Notes: generated by a model not told the origin, from the sequence alone. A DNA stretch of 64,000 bases from Stegostoma tigrinum (GCF_030684315.1 NC_081400.1:8251464-8315463), one strand, 5' to 3'. Positions 28,420-41,852 are shown, counted from the stretch's first letter. Numbers and translations: made by a program.

Positions 28420-30190
28420 CTGTTTACTTACTACACTTGTACCTACCGACACTGTCAAAGCTGTCCGGCTCCCGTATTTCATTTTGTGTTGTTCATTATT
28501 TGCCATGTTAGTGAGAATATTTTTCTCCTTTTTCCCTTTCAGATGTTTTGGAATGCAACCTTCAAATCCTCTCATGTAGCGATGCCCCGCTGGATTCTTC
28601 ACCACTTGCCCTCTGACTCTATCCGTTCTTCTATTCTCATTCATTGCCATAAAGTACTTGCTGACCCATTATAACCAATTTTCATAGGCCCAGTGTTACT
28701 TGAGCACCACCAAAACACCTTTTTCTATTACATCAATGATGTCAACAATGCTGCTTTCAGCCCTCACGCGCAATTAAACAACATCTTCAGTTTGGATTCT
28801 AAATTCCATTGTTCGGCTTTACCTGGACCATCCCATCTTTCAATCCTCTTCTTTGACTTCACTGATTTTCAAGCTGAGAATATGTATTGAAGACAAACCT
28901 AACGACACCCACAGTTGACTCGACTATACTTCGCCACATCTTTCTTCCAGATATTTTTCCATGCCTTTCATCTTTCTTGCATCCTTCATTACGATGCCTC
29001 TTTCCAATGAACTTTTTTTTTGTCTCAACACAGGACACCAGCATCCCAACATTTTTGGCAATGGCTGAATTGTGTTTTTCCCAGAACTAGTCATTCTGGT
29101 CTTACTCTTACCATCCCTCCCAAAGCATTAACCTTCCTATGTCTTCACTTTCCACACCACATAAATTCGAATTCAAAGGACCATTTTTCACTGTTTCCAT
29201 CAAATCTAGCAGGATCCCACCATTAAACTCATTTTCATTATTCCACGGTATCTATTCCCTCCCTCCCACCCTGATACATGCCTCCATAAAGGGGAATATT
29301 TCCTCACAACTCTCACCCTTCCTTACTCACCAACACCAATTCGACCTTTTCATGCGATCGTCAAATTTGTGGCATTTGCTTATTCACTTCTAACCTGTTC
29401 ACTGAAGGCTCAAATACATCTTACAGGTGAAGTTGTGTTTTACTTTTTTTTTGTTTTAAAAGTCTAGTTTATTGGTATTCACTCTTCACAATGACCTGTT
29501 CTTTTTCATTGATGAACCAATAAGCAGACTAAATGACTACTTTCAAAAACATCTCCATTGCGTTAGTGGGAATGAACCTTGCATTTAGTTTCTTTCTGTT
29601 ACTGTAAACCTCCTGACCCATGTTAACATTTCCCTTCTGGTATTACTGCTATATTCAACTGAAGCTCAAAACAAGCAGTAGGACAAAAAGGAAGCAATCA
29701 CACCTCATTATCTGCTTTGGAATGTTATAAAATCTATGACTCCATTTTATGTTCAGCAACTTTAGAGCCTGGTGCCTGCGCTCCACCTTTCTTTTCTTAA
29801 ATGCCAACACCTCCTCTGATGAAGGGTCTGGGCCCAAAACATCAGCTTTTGTGGTCCTAAGGTGCTGCTTGGCCTGCTGTGTTCATCCAGCTTCACACTT
29901 TTTTACCTCGTCTTTATTGTTGTGTTTTGTTTGTGTTGTATCTACTTTGCTTCCTTCAGACCAGAACATTTAGTTCATTTCATAACTCGTGATTATATTC
30001 TTTTTGACGTGTATCACCTTTTATCTTTTGCTCTGGTCTCGCTAAAAATCTGCTCCGCTCATGTCTCCCTCTGTCACCAGCATAATAAAACATGAACCAA
30101 CACCTTTTAGTACTGAAGGAAAACAGGACTAAACTCGAAATGGTAATCCTGTTTGTCTCACCATATGTGCTGTAAGACCTCGTGAGTTTT
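28420..30190 (+). mobile_element. Old, highly decayed Penelope-like element (RT and GIY-YIG remnants) with a younger mini-element at about 29812-29910
   Basis: FFYYINDV (YIDD-like) near 28720; remnants at 29420-29770 align by eye to the GIY-YIG region of the younger copies. Confidence 0.55.
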
Positions 30191-30945
30191 ACACTACTAC
30201 AAACAAAGAAATCATTTGAATGTTGTGGTGTCTAATGTTTTAAATGATCTCCCCATAAACGATCAAGGCACAGCAGCAGCGTTTAAATATCATAAGAAGC
30301 AAAATCTCGCTCAGACCATTTGACAGAAACTCTCCAAACGGTTGTTACCTTTTGTCAAAAATTTCTAATACTCACCAAACGGGGATGTACTGCATAGTCC
30401 AACCAAAATTAATGTTGAAGTGCAAATATGCTATCATTCTTCCATTGAAATGACCTCAACATTTTGGCACTGCCCTCCAATGGCACTTTGTTTTTTATGC
30501 TCAGCACAAGATGGTTACATATTAAATATATTGAAGTAATCTCCTCAATGGAAATGTTGCATTCACGCAGACTGTTGGCCTTATTAGCAATGCCCACATA
30601 TTTTGAAGAATAAAAATAAGAAGAAAGAAAACAGTAGCAGCTACATCATTTCTATTTTGGATGATCTCTGATCAGGTTAATTATTCATTATGACAGATAT
30701 ATGTAACATTTGGCAGAAATGATGCAACCTTCATCAAGTGGATATTCAGTTTTCATTGTATCACGTGTTCTTCTGAACCAATCTTCCAACTATATGATTT
30801 TGGGATCCAAAACACACTGGCATAGCACAGAATCGAGGAAATATTCATTTGATTAGTCATGAATAAAGTTTCTTACAGACTTCAGAATGAGAGAAAACAA
30901 AAAAAAAGATTGGATATGTTCTTCAATTCATGAATGTGAGTCCCA

Positions 30946-30990
30946 TCAGAACGTTGAATCTCCAGTAAATGCTAAATGAGCATACAGAGT
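30946..30990 (-). CDS. Non-rearranging VJ-C1 IgSF receptor, terminal exon with tyrosine motif
   Basis: Acceptor TATTTTTTTTTCCTCCATAG; phase 0, matching exon 5. Encodes TLYAHLAFTGDSTF* (TxYxxL). Confidence 0.74.
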   Translation of the reverse strand, partial: TLYAHLAFTGDSTF

Positions 30991-31177
30991 CTATGGAGGA
31001 AAAAAAAATACCATCAGCATCTCGTAAACCGAGCTGCAGTATGTGTTCTTTTGTCATTTCTGTTTGATATATCATTCAGTTAGATGATAACTAACATTTA
31101 TCTCCATATAACCGTAATGATTTCCACTTCAACGACCACCTCAACATTGAGTGGCTTATGGATCTCCACACTCTTAC

Positions 31178-31213
31178 ACTCTTCACCACTTTTCCCATTG
31201 GTACCCACTCCTT
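31178..31213 (-). CDS. Candidate optional 36-nt cytoplasmic exon of the VJ-C1 receptor
   Basis: Acceptor GTTTTTTTCTGCAG, donor AGT|GTAAGA; read in phase 0-0 it gives KEWVPMGKVVKS. Lies 187 nt upstream of the terminal exon. Frame and usage are not provable from sequence. Confidence 0.4.
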
Positions 31214-31579
31214 CTGCAGAAAAAAACAGCTTTTTGCTGTTTACTGATTATAAGTTACAGCCTCTACTATCCTCATAGTCAGTGTATTCCAGATTTCCTT
31301 TCCCTCAAATACTCTTGACAGCCTCTGTCATTCATCTTAAAATTAGGCCTATTGTTATTGATTCTTCAATTAAGGTAGGATGGCTGCCTCCTTTCCAATA
31401 TGACCGTGCTGCTCACTATCTTATGCACTTCAGTTAAGTCTCTGTTCAGCCTCCTCTACTCTAAAGGAAACGAGAGACTGTGCAATCTAACTTTATAGTG
31501 ATACTACTCCATCCCAGGTAACATGCTCGTGAATCTCCTCTGCACCCGCTTCAGTGCAACGACATTACTCGTGGAGAGC

Positions 31580-33960
31580 ACATTTAACCAGTTGGTTACA
31601 TCAGGTGAAGATTACACAGGCAGAAAGGGATGGGTGACTATCAAATAAATTAAGAGAATCAAGGAGGAAGTGTTGGAATCCATTGTGGCCATCACACTCT
31701 CAAACAGGAATACTACCATGGATACTTTGGGTGTTTGGCCTCTCAGGGGAAATTAGCAACAGTCACGTTTATACCAACAAGCAGAGTTCTACTGCACATA
31801 GGGGAAGGGAATGAGCAACAGGGTTTTAGTGGTTGGCTTCAATAGTAAGGGGTACAGACAGATGCTTCTGTGACTGTGGAGGTGAACTCAGCATGATATA
31901 TTTATTGTGTCCTGTTCTGGTCACCTCATTACAGGAAAGATGTGGAAGTATTAGAAAAGGTGCAGAGGAGATTTACCAGGATGTTGCCTGGAATGCATCG
32001 AAGGTCTTTCGAGGAAAGATTGAGTGGGAATGGCTTTTCTCTTCAAAATGATGAAGGATGAGAGGTGACTTGACAGAGGAGTACAAAATGATCAGAGGTA
32101 CAGATAGAGTTGACAGCCAGAGACTTTTTCCCAGGCTGGAGGTACCTATTACATGGGGTCATATTTTTAAAGTGAAAGGAAGTAGGTATTGGGGAGACGT
32201 CAGTGGTAGGTTCTTTACTCAGAGAGTGGTAGGGGTGTGGAATGCTTTGCCGGAGAGGGTAGTGGAGTCGGCCTCATAAGGTAGCGGTGGAGGTTAATTA
32301 GACCTGAGGTTTAGGGTAAAAGTTCGGCACAACATTGTGGGCCGAAGGGCCTGCACTGTTCTATGTTGTATATTTCCTGCCTGGTGCCAGGATCAAGTAT
32401 GTTCAGGAGTGGGATGTTGAGCAATCGGTGATCATGGTAAACATATATGCCAGTGACATAGGTAATCAACGATATGAGGACATGAAAACTGAATACAGGA
32501 AGTTAGAAGCAAAATGGAAATGCAGGACCTCAAAAAGACTAATTGCAGGATTACTGCCAATGCCACTTGCTCGTGAGTGTTGGGACAAGACAATATGTCA
32601 GGTGAATGCATGACTGAAGAAATTATGTGTCAGTCTGGGGCTTCAATTCTTGTGGCATTGGGACCATTTCTAGGGAAGGGGGGGGACCTGAGAAACCTGA
32701 CAGGCTGGTCAGAGCTGGGGCAAATAACCATGCAGGGCCTTTTGCTCGCTCCATCGGTGAGGTCTTAAGCTGGTGTGACAAAGTGTAGGATAACATTGGC
32801 CAGATACAGATCAGAAAATATGAGATAGGATGTTAGTTTGTGATGGAGCCAGCAATTTGGAATGACAAAGAAATAGAATTTAAAAAAGTGTTCAGCAAAG
32901 GAATTTGATAGGTTTCCGTTGTTTATTCTTCAATACGAAAGGTTTAACAAACAATGTAGATGAATTAATGGAACAGAAAGGCATATAGCAGCACAATGGC
33001 TTTGCTACATCGGAAAATTGAATAAAGAAATTGGCTACTCACTATCCCTGGATGTGGATTTTTCAGGCACAGTATAGTGGATTACTAAAAGCAGAGGGAA
33101 TGCAGCAATATTGGTTAAAGACCTAATGAATGGTATACCAAACAGATTAAGAAACAAGGCTTCAGAGATAGTAGGAACTGCGGGGTCTGAAGAAGGGTCT
33201 AGGCCTGAAACATCAGCCTTCCTGCTCCTCTGATGCTGCTCAGCCTGCAGTGTTCATCCATTTCTACACCTTGTTATTTTAGAAACAAAGCTTTTTGGGT
33301 TAGGTTTAGGAATATAAAGTGGGGGCAATAACACCGCTAGGAGTCTACTAGAGACTCTCAAATAGTGAGAGGGAGACAGATTAACCTGCATTTAGACAAA
33401 TTTCGGCTTGTACGAATAACAGAACAATAAAAGGAGGAGACATTTTTTAACTTCCCCAGTAGCAAACAGAGGTAAAACTATATATGGGACATGAAAGAAT
33501 CATGAAATGTGTCGAGGAAACTCTGAAAAAAAAACAGGCAGTACATGACCATACCAATGAAAAGAGACACAATTCTCAAGGTTTAGTCTTGGGAGATGAA
33601 AATGGGTCAGTGATTGACCATCTGACAGTTGGTGATCATATCGAAGATAGTGACCATAAGTCAGTTCAATTTTGTACTATTATGGAAAACGGCAGAATTA
33701 AATCAGGACTAAAAGTTTTAAACTGGTGGGAGGCAAGTTTTACTAATCTGAGAATTGATTTGGCTGCATTGGATCGTACAGGACTACTAAAGGATAAATC
33801 AGTGATGAACTGGTAGGAAGCACGAGTAAATGAGATCCTTTGGGCATAAAACAGACAGGTTCCCTCAAAAAATAAGCATGGTACTGCCAAATCTAGACCA
33901 TAATATTTGTCCATAAAAGTACTGGGGAAGATTAAGCAGAACAAAAACTTGTGACAGTCA
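31580..33960 (+). mobile_element. Degenerate CR1 ORF1 (esterase)/APE region with nested CR1 3' fragment (about 31890-32370) and Penelope mini-element (33163-33280)
   Basis: SIVRGTDRCFC, FLPGARIKYV, IAGLLPMP (CR1 ORF1 esterase); DSDHKSVQF, LNWWEASF (APE); MRGDLTEEYK…FFTQRVVGVWNALP. Confidence 0.8.
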
Positions 33961-34713
33961 CATAAAATGAAAAGGAAGTTGACACTGCAGATAACCTCCA
34001 ATAATATAGAAAGAATTGGGATCAAGTTGAAAAGAATGACAAGATGGAGGATGGGAAAAGATTTTGCCTGTAAGAGCGTGGCACCTTTCTTGAGATATCT
34101 TCAGTATTAGAGCTGATATGCATGAATTCTAGGAGCAGCAATTACTGTTCCATAGGTTGTTACGGTGTTTTAGAAAAGGAGGAAGGAAGACCAAGGCAGT
34201 GACCACATAGTGGCAACAGAATCAATGTAGAAAGAAAACTACGCTGCAGTCTGAGAAAACAAAGTGTGAAGCTGGATGAACACAGCAGGCCAAGCAGCAT
34301 CGTAGGAGCACAAAAGCTGACATTTCGGGTCGAGACTCTTCATCGGAGGATACTGCAGTCTGACTCAGCCATGACCATTTACAGCGACTGCCTCTACTGT
34401 ATGATTTCAAGGACCTCTGGGCCTCAGAGTTTGTCTAAGAAAAATAAACCAACAGCGAAATTCACAGCTGATCTTGTATAAACCTGTCAGGTGAGGTCAC
34501 TGCATGGGAGCACCTCAGTGGCTAGGTATCTTTTTGTGAATCTATAATAGAGTCAAGAGCATATTTTCTTTTGATTATACGTTTCTATTGAGATCTGACT
34601 CTTGATTAAACTTTAAAGTGATAAAACCTAGGTACTAAGTTAGTATAGAACAGTGTTTTTCGAACAGTAAGGCTGTGCTATTTTCTGATTCTGTACATTG
34701 TTGAGTTGCAAAG

Positions 34714-34915
34714 ATGGCCTTTCTTAGAGGGAAATGCTCTTTCTGTCGGATGTGGGCCATTAGGGAAAGTTTCCATGTTACTGACGATTATGCCTGCAGG
34801 AAGTGTGCTTGGTAGCGAATCCTAATGGATCATATAGGTTGATTGGAGCAGCACTAAGAGACTCTGATGAATTTACGGGAGCTAGTGGGTGTGGTGGATG
34901 GCCATTGAAGAACTG
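34714..34915 (+). mobile_element. CR1 ORF1 N-terminal zinc-finger fragment
   Basis: MAFLRGKCSFCRMWAIRESFHVTDDYACRKC (CxxC…CxxC). Confidence 0.7.
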
Positions 34916-34984
34916 AAGAATTGGCAATTAATGCTGGCCTTGCCAGTGATACCCACTTCCGGTAAATGAATTAGAAAAGATAAT

Positions 34985-36175
34985 TATAGAACATAGCACA
35001 AAGAACAGTACAGAGTAGTACAGCCCCTTCGGCCCATGATGCTGTGCCAACCTATTATCCTACACTAAGATCAAACTACCCTGCACACCCTGCATTTTAC
35101 TATCATCCATGTGCCTATCCAAGAGTCAGTTGAATGTCCCTAATGTATCCGACTCAATCGTCGCTGCCAGCAGTGCATTCCACGTCCCCAATATTCTCTG
35201 CATAAAGAACCTACCTCTGACATCTCCCCTATACCTTCTTACTATCACCTTAAAAGTATGCCCCCTCATAATAGTCATTTCAGCCCTGGGAAAAAGACTT
35301 TAGGTCTCCACTCTATTTACACCTCTCAATATCTTATACACTTCTATCAGATCACCTCTCATCCTTCTTCACTCCAATGAGAAAAGACCTAGCTCCCTCA
35401 ACCTTTCCTCATAAGCCCTGCCCTCCAGTCCAGGCAGCATTCTGATAAATCTCCTCTGCACCTTCTGTACAGCTTCCACATCCTGCCTATAATGAGGCGA
35501 CCAGAACTGAACACAATATTCCAAGTGTGGGCTAACCAGAGCTGCAGCATAACCTTGCAGCCCTTAAACTCAGTTGCCCTGCCAATGAAAGCCAATACAT
35601 CATTCGCCTTCTTAACAATGCTAACTACTTGCGCAGGGTCTATGGACGAGGACCTGAGGTCTCTCTGTTCATCCACACTTCCAAGAATCCTGCCATTAAC
35701 CATGTATTTAGCATCAAATTTGACTTTCCAAAACAAATCATTTCACACTTTTCCGGGCTGAATTCCATTTGCCACTTCTTTGTCCGGCTCTGCATCGTGT
35801 CAGTGTCACGCTGCAAACTTAAAAAGCCCTCCATACTATTCACAACTACCACCAACCTTCGCGTCACTGGCAAATGTACCTAGCAACCTTTCAATTTCCT
35901 CATCCAAACCATTTATGATGATCACAAAGAGCAGTGGTCCCAGAATAGATCCCTGCAGAAAGCCACTAGTCACTGAGCTCCAAGCTGAATTCTTTCCATC
36001 TACTAACAGCCTCTGCCTTCTATTGGATAGGCAATTCTGTATCCAGACAGCCAAATTTCCCTGAACCTCATGCCGCCTTACTTTCTGAAAGAGCTTACCG
36101 TGGAGAACCTTATCAAATGCCTTGCTAAAATCCACATACACCTCATGTACTGCTCAACCTTCATCAATGTGTTTT
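34985..36175 (-). mobile_element. CR1-type LINE RT and 3' end
   Basis: YVDFSKAFDKVLHG, VTSGFLQGSILGPLLF, FASDAKVGG, WQMEFSPEKCE. Confidence 0.92.
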
Positions 36176-36697
36176 GTAATTATGGAACGTCATCTTCATT
36201 GGCTGATTTGTAGAATAGAAATTTTTGGAGAAAATGGTGATACTGTATAAGATATTTGTCACCACATTCCAAGAAAGACATAATTGCTTTGGAAATAATG
36301 CAGAGAAAATTTACGAGAATTTTGCCAGGACTTGAGAATTGTCATCATGAGGAAAGGTTCGGGTTATTCTGCCTTGGAACAGAGAATACTGATGGATGAC
36401 CTGATTAATGTATACACAGTTGTGAGAGGATCAAATGCAGCAGATAGGAGGAAACTGTTTATCTTGGCAGGGAGTTCAAAAACCAGGTTTCATAAATTTG
36501 AGACAAATTGCAGAAGGACTAGATTGGATATGAGCAAAAATGTTTATGAAGAGGTTAGTGCTTGACTGCAGTTCACTGTCTGAGTATACACGCTAAAGTC
36601 ATTTTGGAAGTACCTGGATCTGGACTTTAAGTTCTGTAAGTTGCAGGACTGTGCGCCATGTGCAGGAAACTGCAAATAGAAATTGTGTCTGGGTATC

Positions 36698-38324
36698 AGA
36701 GATAATGGGAACTGCAGATGCTGGAGAATTCCAAGATAATAAAATGTGAGGCTGGATGAACACAGCAGGCCAAGCAGCACCTCAGGAGCACAAAAGCTGA
36801 CGTTTCGGGCCTAGACCCTTCATCAGAGAGGGGGATGGGGAGAGCGAACTGGAATAAATAGGGAGAGAGGGGGAGGCGGACCGAAGATGGAGAGTAAAGA
36901 AGATAGGTGGAGAGAGTATAGGTCGGGAGGTAGGGAGGGGATAGGTCAGTCCAGGGAAGACGGACAGGTCAAGGAGGTGGGATGAGGTTAGTAGGTAGAT
37001 GGGGGTGCGGCTTGGGGTGGGAGGAAGGGATGGGTGAGAGGAAGAACCAGTTAGGGAGGCAGAGACAGGTTGGACTGGTTTTGGGATGCAGTGGGTGGGG
37101 GGGAAGAGCTGGGCTGGTTGTGTGGTGCAGTGGGGGGAGGGGACGAACTGGGCTGGTTTAGGGATGCAGTAGGGGAAGGGGAGATTTTGAAACTGGTGAA
37201 GTCCACATTGATACCATTAGGCTGCAGGGTTCCCAGGCGGAATATGAGTTGCTGTTCCTGCAACCTTCGGGTGGCATCATTGCGGCAGTGCAGGAGGCCC
37301 ATGATGGACATGTCATCTAGAGAATGGGAGGGGGAGTGGAAATGGTTTGCGACTGGGAGGTGCAGTTGTTTGTTGCGAACTGAGCGGAGGTGTTCTGCAA
37401 AGCGGTCTCCAAGCCTCCGCTTGGTTTCCCCAATGTAGAGGAAGCCGCACCGGGTACAATGGATGCAGTATGCCACATTGGCAGATGTGCAGGTGAACCT
37501 CTGCTTAATGTGGAATGTCATCTTGGGGCCTGGGATAGGGGTGAGGGAGGAGGTGTGGGGGCAAGTGTAGCATTTCCTGAGGTTGCAGGGGAAGGTGCCG
37601 GGTGTGGTGGGGTTGGAGGGCAGTGTGGAGCGAACAAGGGAGTCACGGAGAGAGTGGTCTCTCTGGAAAGCAGACAGGGGTGGGGATGGAAAAATGTCTT
37701 GGGTGGTGGGGTCGGATTGTAAATGGCGAAAGTGTCGGAGAATGATGCGTTGTATCCGGAGGTTGGAAGGGTGGTGTGTGAGAACGAGGGGGATCCTCTT
37801 AGGGCGGTTGTGGCGGGGGCGGGGTGTGAGGGATGTGTTGCGGGAAATGTGGACTTCACCAGTTTCAAAATCTCCCCTTCCCCTACTGCGTCCCTAAACC
37901 AGCCCAGTTCGTCCCCTCCCCCCACTGCACTACACAACCAGCCCAGCTCTTCCCCCCCACCCACTGCATCCCAAAACCAGTCCAACCTGTCTCTGCCTCC
38001 CTAACCAGTTCTTCCTCTCACCCAACCCTTCCTCCCACCCCAAGCTGCACCCCCATCTACCTACTAACCTCATCCCACCTCCTTGACCTGTCCATCTTCC
38101 CTGGACTGACCTATCCCCTTCTTACCTCCCGACCTATACTCTCTCCACCTATCTTCTTTACTCTCCATCTTCGGTCCACCTCCCCCTCTCTCCCTATTTA
38201 TTCCAGTTCCCTCTCCCCATCCCCCTCTCTGATGAAGGGTCTAGGCCCGAAACGTCAGCTTTTGTGCTCCTGAGATGCTGCTTGGCCTGCTGTGTTCATC
38301 CAGCCTCACATTTTATTATCTTAG
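36698..38324 (-). mobile_element. Young Penelope-like element (GIY-YIG end) with 477-bp inverted arms and 14-bp TSD
   Basis: ORF 37051-37521: FTCTSANVAYCIHCTRCGFLYIGETKRRLGDRFAEHLRSV…GTLQPNGINV. Arms 36733-37209 and 37846-38322 are near-perfect reverse complements. TSD TGTGTCTGGGTATC at 36684-36697 and 38325-38338, interrupting an older CR1 3' end. Confidence 0.93.
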
Positions 38325-39198
38325 TGTGTCTGGGTATCTTTGGTTTGGTATGGACAAGATGAATTGAATGGCCCCCTTCAGCGCTGTATCATTTCTTTAG
38401 TTCTATGGTTCCTAGAAAGAGATGAGCAGAATGACACATGGCAGTCCAGTTGTGACCTAAACAAAGTTTTGCGCAGCTCCCACATAACTTCACTGCTGTT
38501 ATAATCTATGCAATGACTGAAAATGTTTAGTGTCCCATATGTCTTCTGAACTACCATGTTAATTTGGCCTGGAGCATTCGAGAATCTGCAGACAAGGAAT
38601 CCAAGTTTCTTCTGAATTTTGAGCTTCCTATTATCCTAATTTTTGGTGAAGATTGCTCTTGTTTTTAACTTCTTTAAAAGTGCATCACCTCATTCTGTTC
38701 TTCAGGATTAAATTCCATCTGGTAATCATCTGCCCGTCTGACAAACCCTTGTCTATCTCACCCTAATCTGAAATGTTTTTTTCTGAATATGAAAATACCG
38801 GTCAAAATTCGTGCCATCCATAAACTTATTTTTTCATTCCATCTCTAATTTCTCACTAGTTTGCACCTTCATTTTTTTTTATGATGAGGGATTATCTTCA
38901 AACCTGCATCATCTGTTCTTGGAATATAACCATTAAAAACCTGTTGTCCTTGAATGGAACATTCCTTCTGAATGTATGTGTAATTAAATTCATTTAATCA
39001 GCTTCATTCAGTATCCATGTGTATACTTTCAACAGCTTTAGTTTCTTCGAAAATGTTAAACAATGCCATTTAGCATTGTTCTCACTGAAACCTTTAGAAT
39101 AATTGTTTCATGCTGGTCATCATTCTCAAACATTCATTTCTGAAGCTAGGGTAATTAAAGTGCAGTTTTAGAAAAAATTAAAATCTTCCTGCATTTAC

Positions 39199-39254
39199 CT
39201 CCTGATTTGAATCACGTGGTCTGGCATCTGTGAATGAATCCTTCTCCCACTTGC
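39199..39254 (-). CDS. Non-rearranging VJ-C1 IgSF receptor, exon 5 (cytoplasmic)
   Basis: Strong acceptor GCTAATTTTCTTTCTTTATTTCAG, donor GAG|GTAAAT, 56 nt, phase 1 to 0. Encodes the hydrophilic (G)KWEKDSFTDARPRDSNQE. Confidence 0.76.
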
Positions 39255-39479
39255 CTGAAATAAAGAAAGAAAATTAGCTTTTAAATATTGTAAAAACTAC
39301 TCTTTCTCATTTTGGTGATCCTATGGCTTTAGGAGGCATGTACTTTTTGAATACAGGTTTTGAGGCAGAGATTCCAGCTGTTTATTAACAACTTATGATT
39401 AGTTTCTAAGTCTTAGCGTTTTCTCTAAAGTTGGAACAGCAGACAAATCTTGAATATGTGCGGTCAAGCACCCACAGAA

Positions 39480-39930
39480 CAAAGGGATTAGTTTTAGATT
39501 CCAACAGTTGTTGCTGGTGTCTGTGCAGGATTGGAACCAGCAGCACATCTCTCCCTGCTGCACTCTCAGAGTTTTCCCTTGATGAGCTTTAAGCCTGGAG
39601 TTGCATGTGAGACAGCCTGTCTTCTTTTTCAGAATTTACCTTTGTGAAGGGTGTGTTTGTGGGGTGTCACTACATTAGAAAAGTAAATTAGTAACAGTTA
39701 CCATTTCGAGTATTTTGTTAGGTATTTCGATAATGTTACAACTTTTTTTGTTGTTACAATCGTTTTGTTTTCTTTCGTTTTACCTACAGTGTACGAATAA
39801 CGTCCTTTAGGCATTAACTGGAGTATTACAAACAATTGAATTGCATCTGGATCGCAACACCTTGCATTTACCTTTAGATGAAGAGAAAGGTCGGGTCGAG
39901 GGTATTTTCTTTATATATTTTGAAGGGGTT
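39480..39930 (+). mobile_element. Solo/partial Gypsy LTR
   Basis: Shares the LTR core seen at 25.2, 26.7 and 28.2 kb (aatttacctttgtgaagggtgtgtttgt…). Confidence 0.55.
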
Positions 39931-39949
39931 TGCTCGAGGCCAAGACAGT

Positions 39950-41852
39950 AATCAATCTAATCATACACCAGATTTTGGAAAGATGTGAAAAGAGCAGGGT
40001 TGTGTTGGGTGATTTTAACCTCCCTTATGTTGACAGAGACTCACTAAATGTGAGGAGCTTGGATGGGGAAGAATTTGTAAGGACCATTCAGGAGGGACTC
40101 TTGACACAATATGTAAACAGTCCAATGAGGGAAGGGATTATACAACACCTGGTTTTCAGAAATAAGACCGACCAGGTGAGCGAAGTTTCAGTGGGGGAGC
40201 ATTTTGGGAGTAATAGTGATAATACCGTGAGTTTTTAGATACTCATGGGTAGAGATAACAGCAGTCCTACAAGTGTTAAACTGGAGGAAGGCAAACGAGA
40301 ACAGTGTTATGCGGGAATTGAAGAATTTTGATGGAAAGCGGCTGTTTGACGGTAAATAAACATTGTACATTTAGAAGTATTTGCAGCCAGAAGAGGTAGG
40401 TGAGGTCCGAAATGAATATTTATATCCATATTCATGAAATTGTTGGAAGATGCTGTTAAGGAAGGCAGTGTCAAGTCTTGAAGCCAAGCCACTATTAAAA
40501 AGGAAGATGTGTCATGTATCTTTAAAAAAAGTATTAAGGTAAATCAGTCCCAACTCCTGATGGGATCTATCACACAATATCGAAGGAGGCAAGGGAACAA
40601 ATGCTTGGAGCATTGACAGACATCTTTGTATCCTGCTTGGCAGCAGGTGAGGTCCCAGATGACTGGAGAATAAACAAGGTTGTCTGACAGTTTAAGCAGG
40701 GTAGCAGAGATTATCCTAGCAATTACAGGTAGACTGGTACAAACCATGAAGTCACATGGTATCGGGGTGAACTGGCATGCAGAACTGCCTTGGTCATAGG
40801 AGATGGAGTGGAGAGGGAGAGGGATGCTTTTCAGAATGGATGGCTGTGACTAGTGCCGTTCGATAGGGATCAGTGCTGGGACCTCTGCTGTTCATCATCT
40901 ACATGAAAGATTTGGAGGAAAATGTAGCTGGTCTAATTAGTAAGTTTGTGGATGACGTAAAGATTGATGGAGTCATGGATAGCGAATGGCATTGTCAGAG
41001 GATACAACAGGATAGAGATCAATTCGAGACATGGGCAGAAAATGATGGCAGATGCAGTTTAATGCAAGCAAATGTGAAGTGATACATTTTGGAAGGTCAA
41101 GTAGAGGTGGAAATTGAAAACTGAATGTCAGAACCCTTAGGAGTATTAAAGTGCAGAGGGGTCTGGGCATGCAGACCCCAGACCACTGATGTTGGCAGCG
41201 CAGGTAGATAAGGTGGTAAAAGCAGCCTTATGGCATGCTTGCTTTCATTGGAAGAGGCATTGAATAGAAGAATAGCCAAATTATGCTGCATCTTCAGAGA
41301 ACCTTAGAGGCCACACTTGGACTGTTGCATGCAGTTTTGACCACCACACAACCAGAAAGATATGGATGCTTTGGAAAGGGTACCAGAAAGGTTTGACACG
41401 ATGTTGCCTGATACAGGGGATTTTAACTATGAATAAGGTTGCCTAATGAGTTTATTTGCACGAGAATGCAGGAGGTTCAGGGGTGAGCTAACAGAAGTCA
41501 ATATGATTGCAAGTGGCAGGGTTAGCATGGAAAGGGTAAGGTTTTTTCCCATGGTGGAGGAGTCAGTTATGAGGGGGTGCAGGTTCAAGGCGTGAGTGGG
41601 GAATATTTAAAAGTGAGGTGTGAGGCAATTGTTTCACACAAAAAGTGGTGAATATCACCACGCCTAGGTGGTTGAAGGACACACAGTAGCAGCATTCAAG
41701 AATCACTTGGATGAATACACGCAGGTGAAGTGAATAGAAGGTTAGGGATCCTTGACGTGAAGACAGTTTTAGTGTGGAAGGGCAAAACGTGGCGGGTCAG
41801 GATTGGATAGAAGAAGGGCCTGTTCTTTTGATGCACTGCTCTTTGTTCTTTG
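39950..41852 (+). mobile_element. CR1-type LINE, degenerate APE-RT-3' end
   Basis: VVLGDFNLPYVD, VGEHFGSNSD, LGPLLFIIYMKDL…KFVDDVK. Confidence 0.88.

Noticed and set aside
37070-38273. Multiple overlapping 90-155 aa Pro/Gly-rich ORFs (likewise at 47343-48641)
   Set aside because: Alternative-frame and antisense readings of the GC-rich Penelope inverted repeats.
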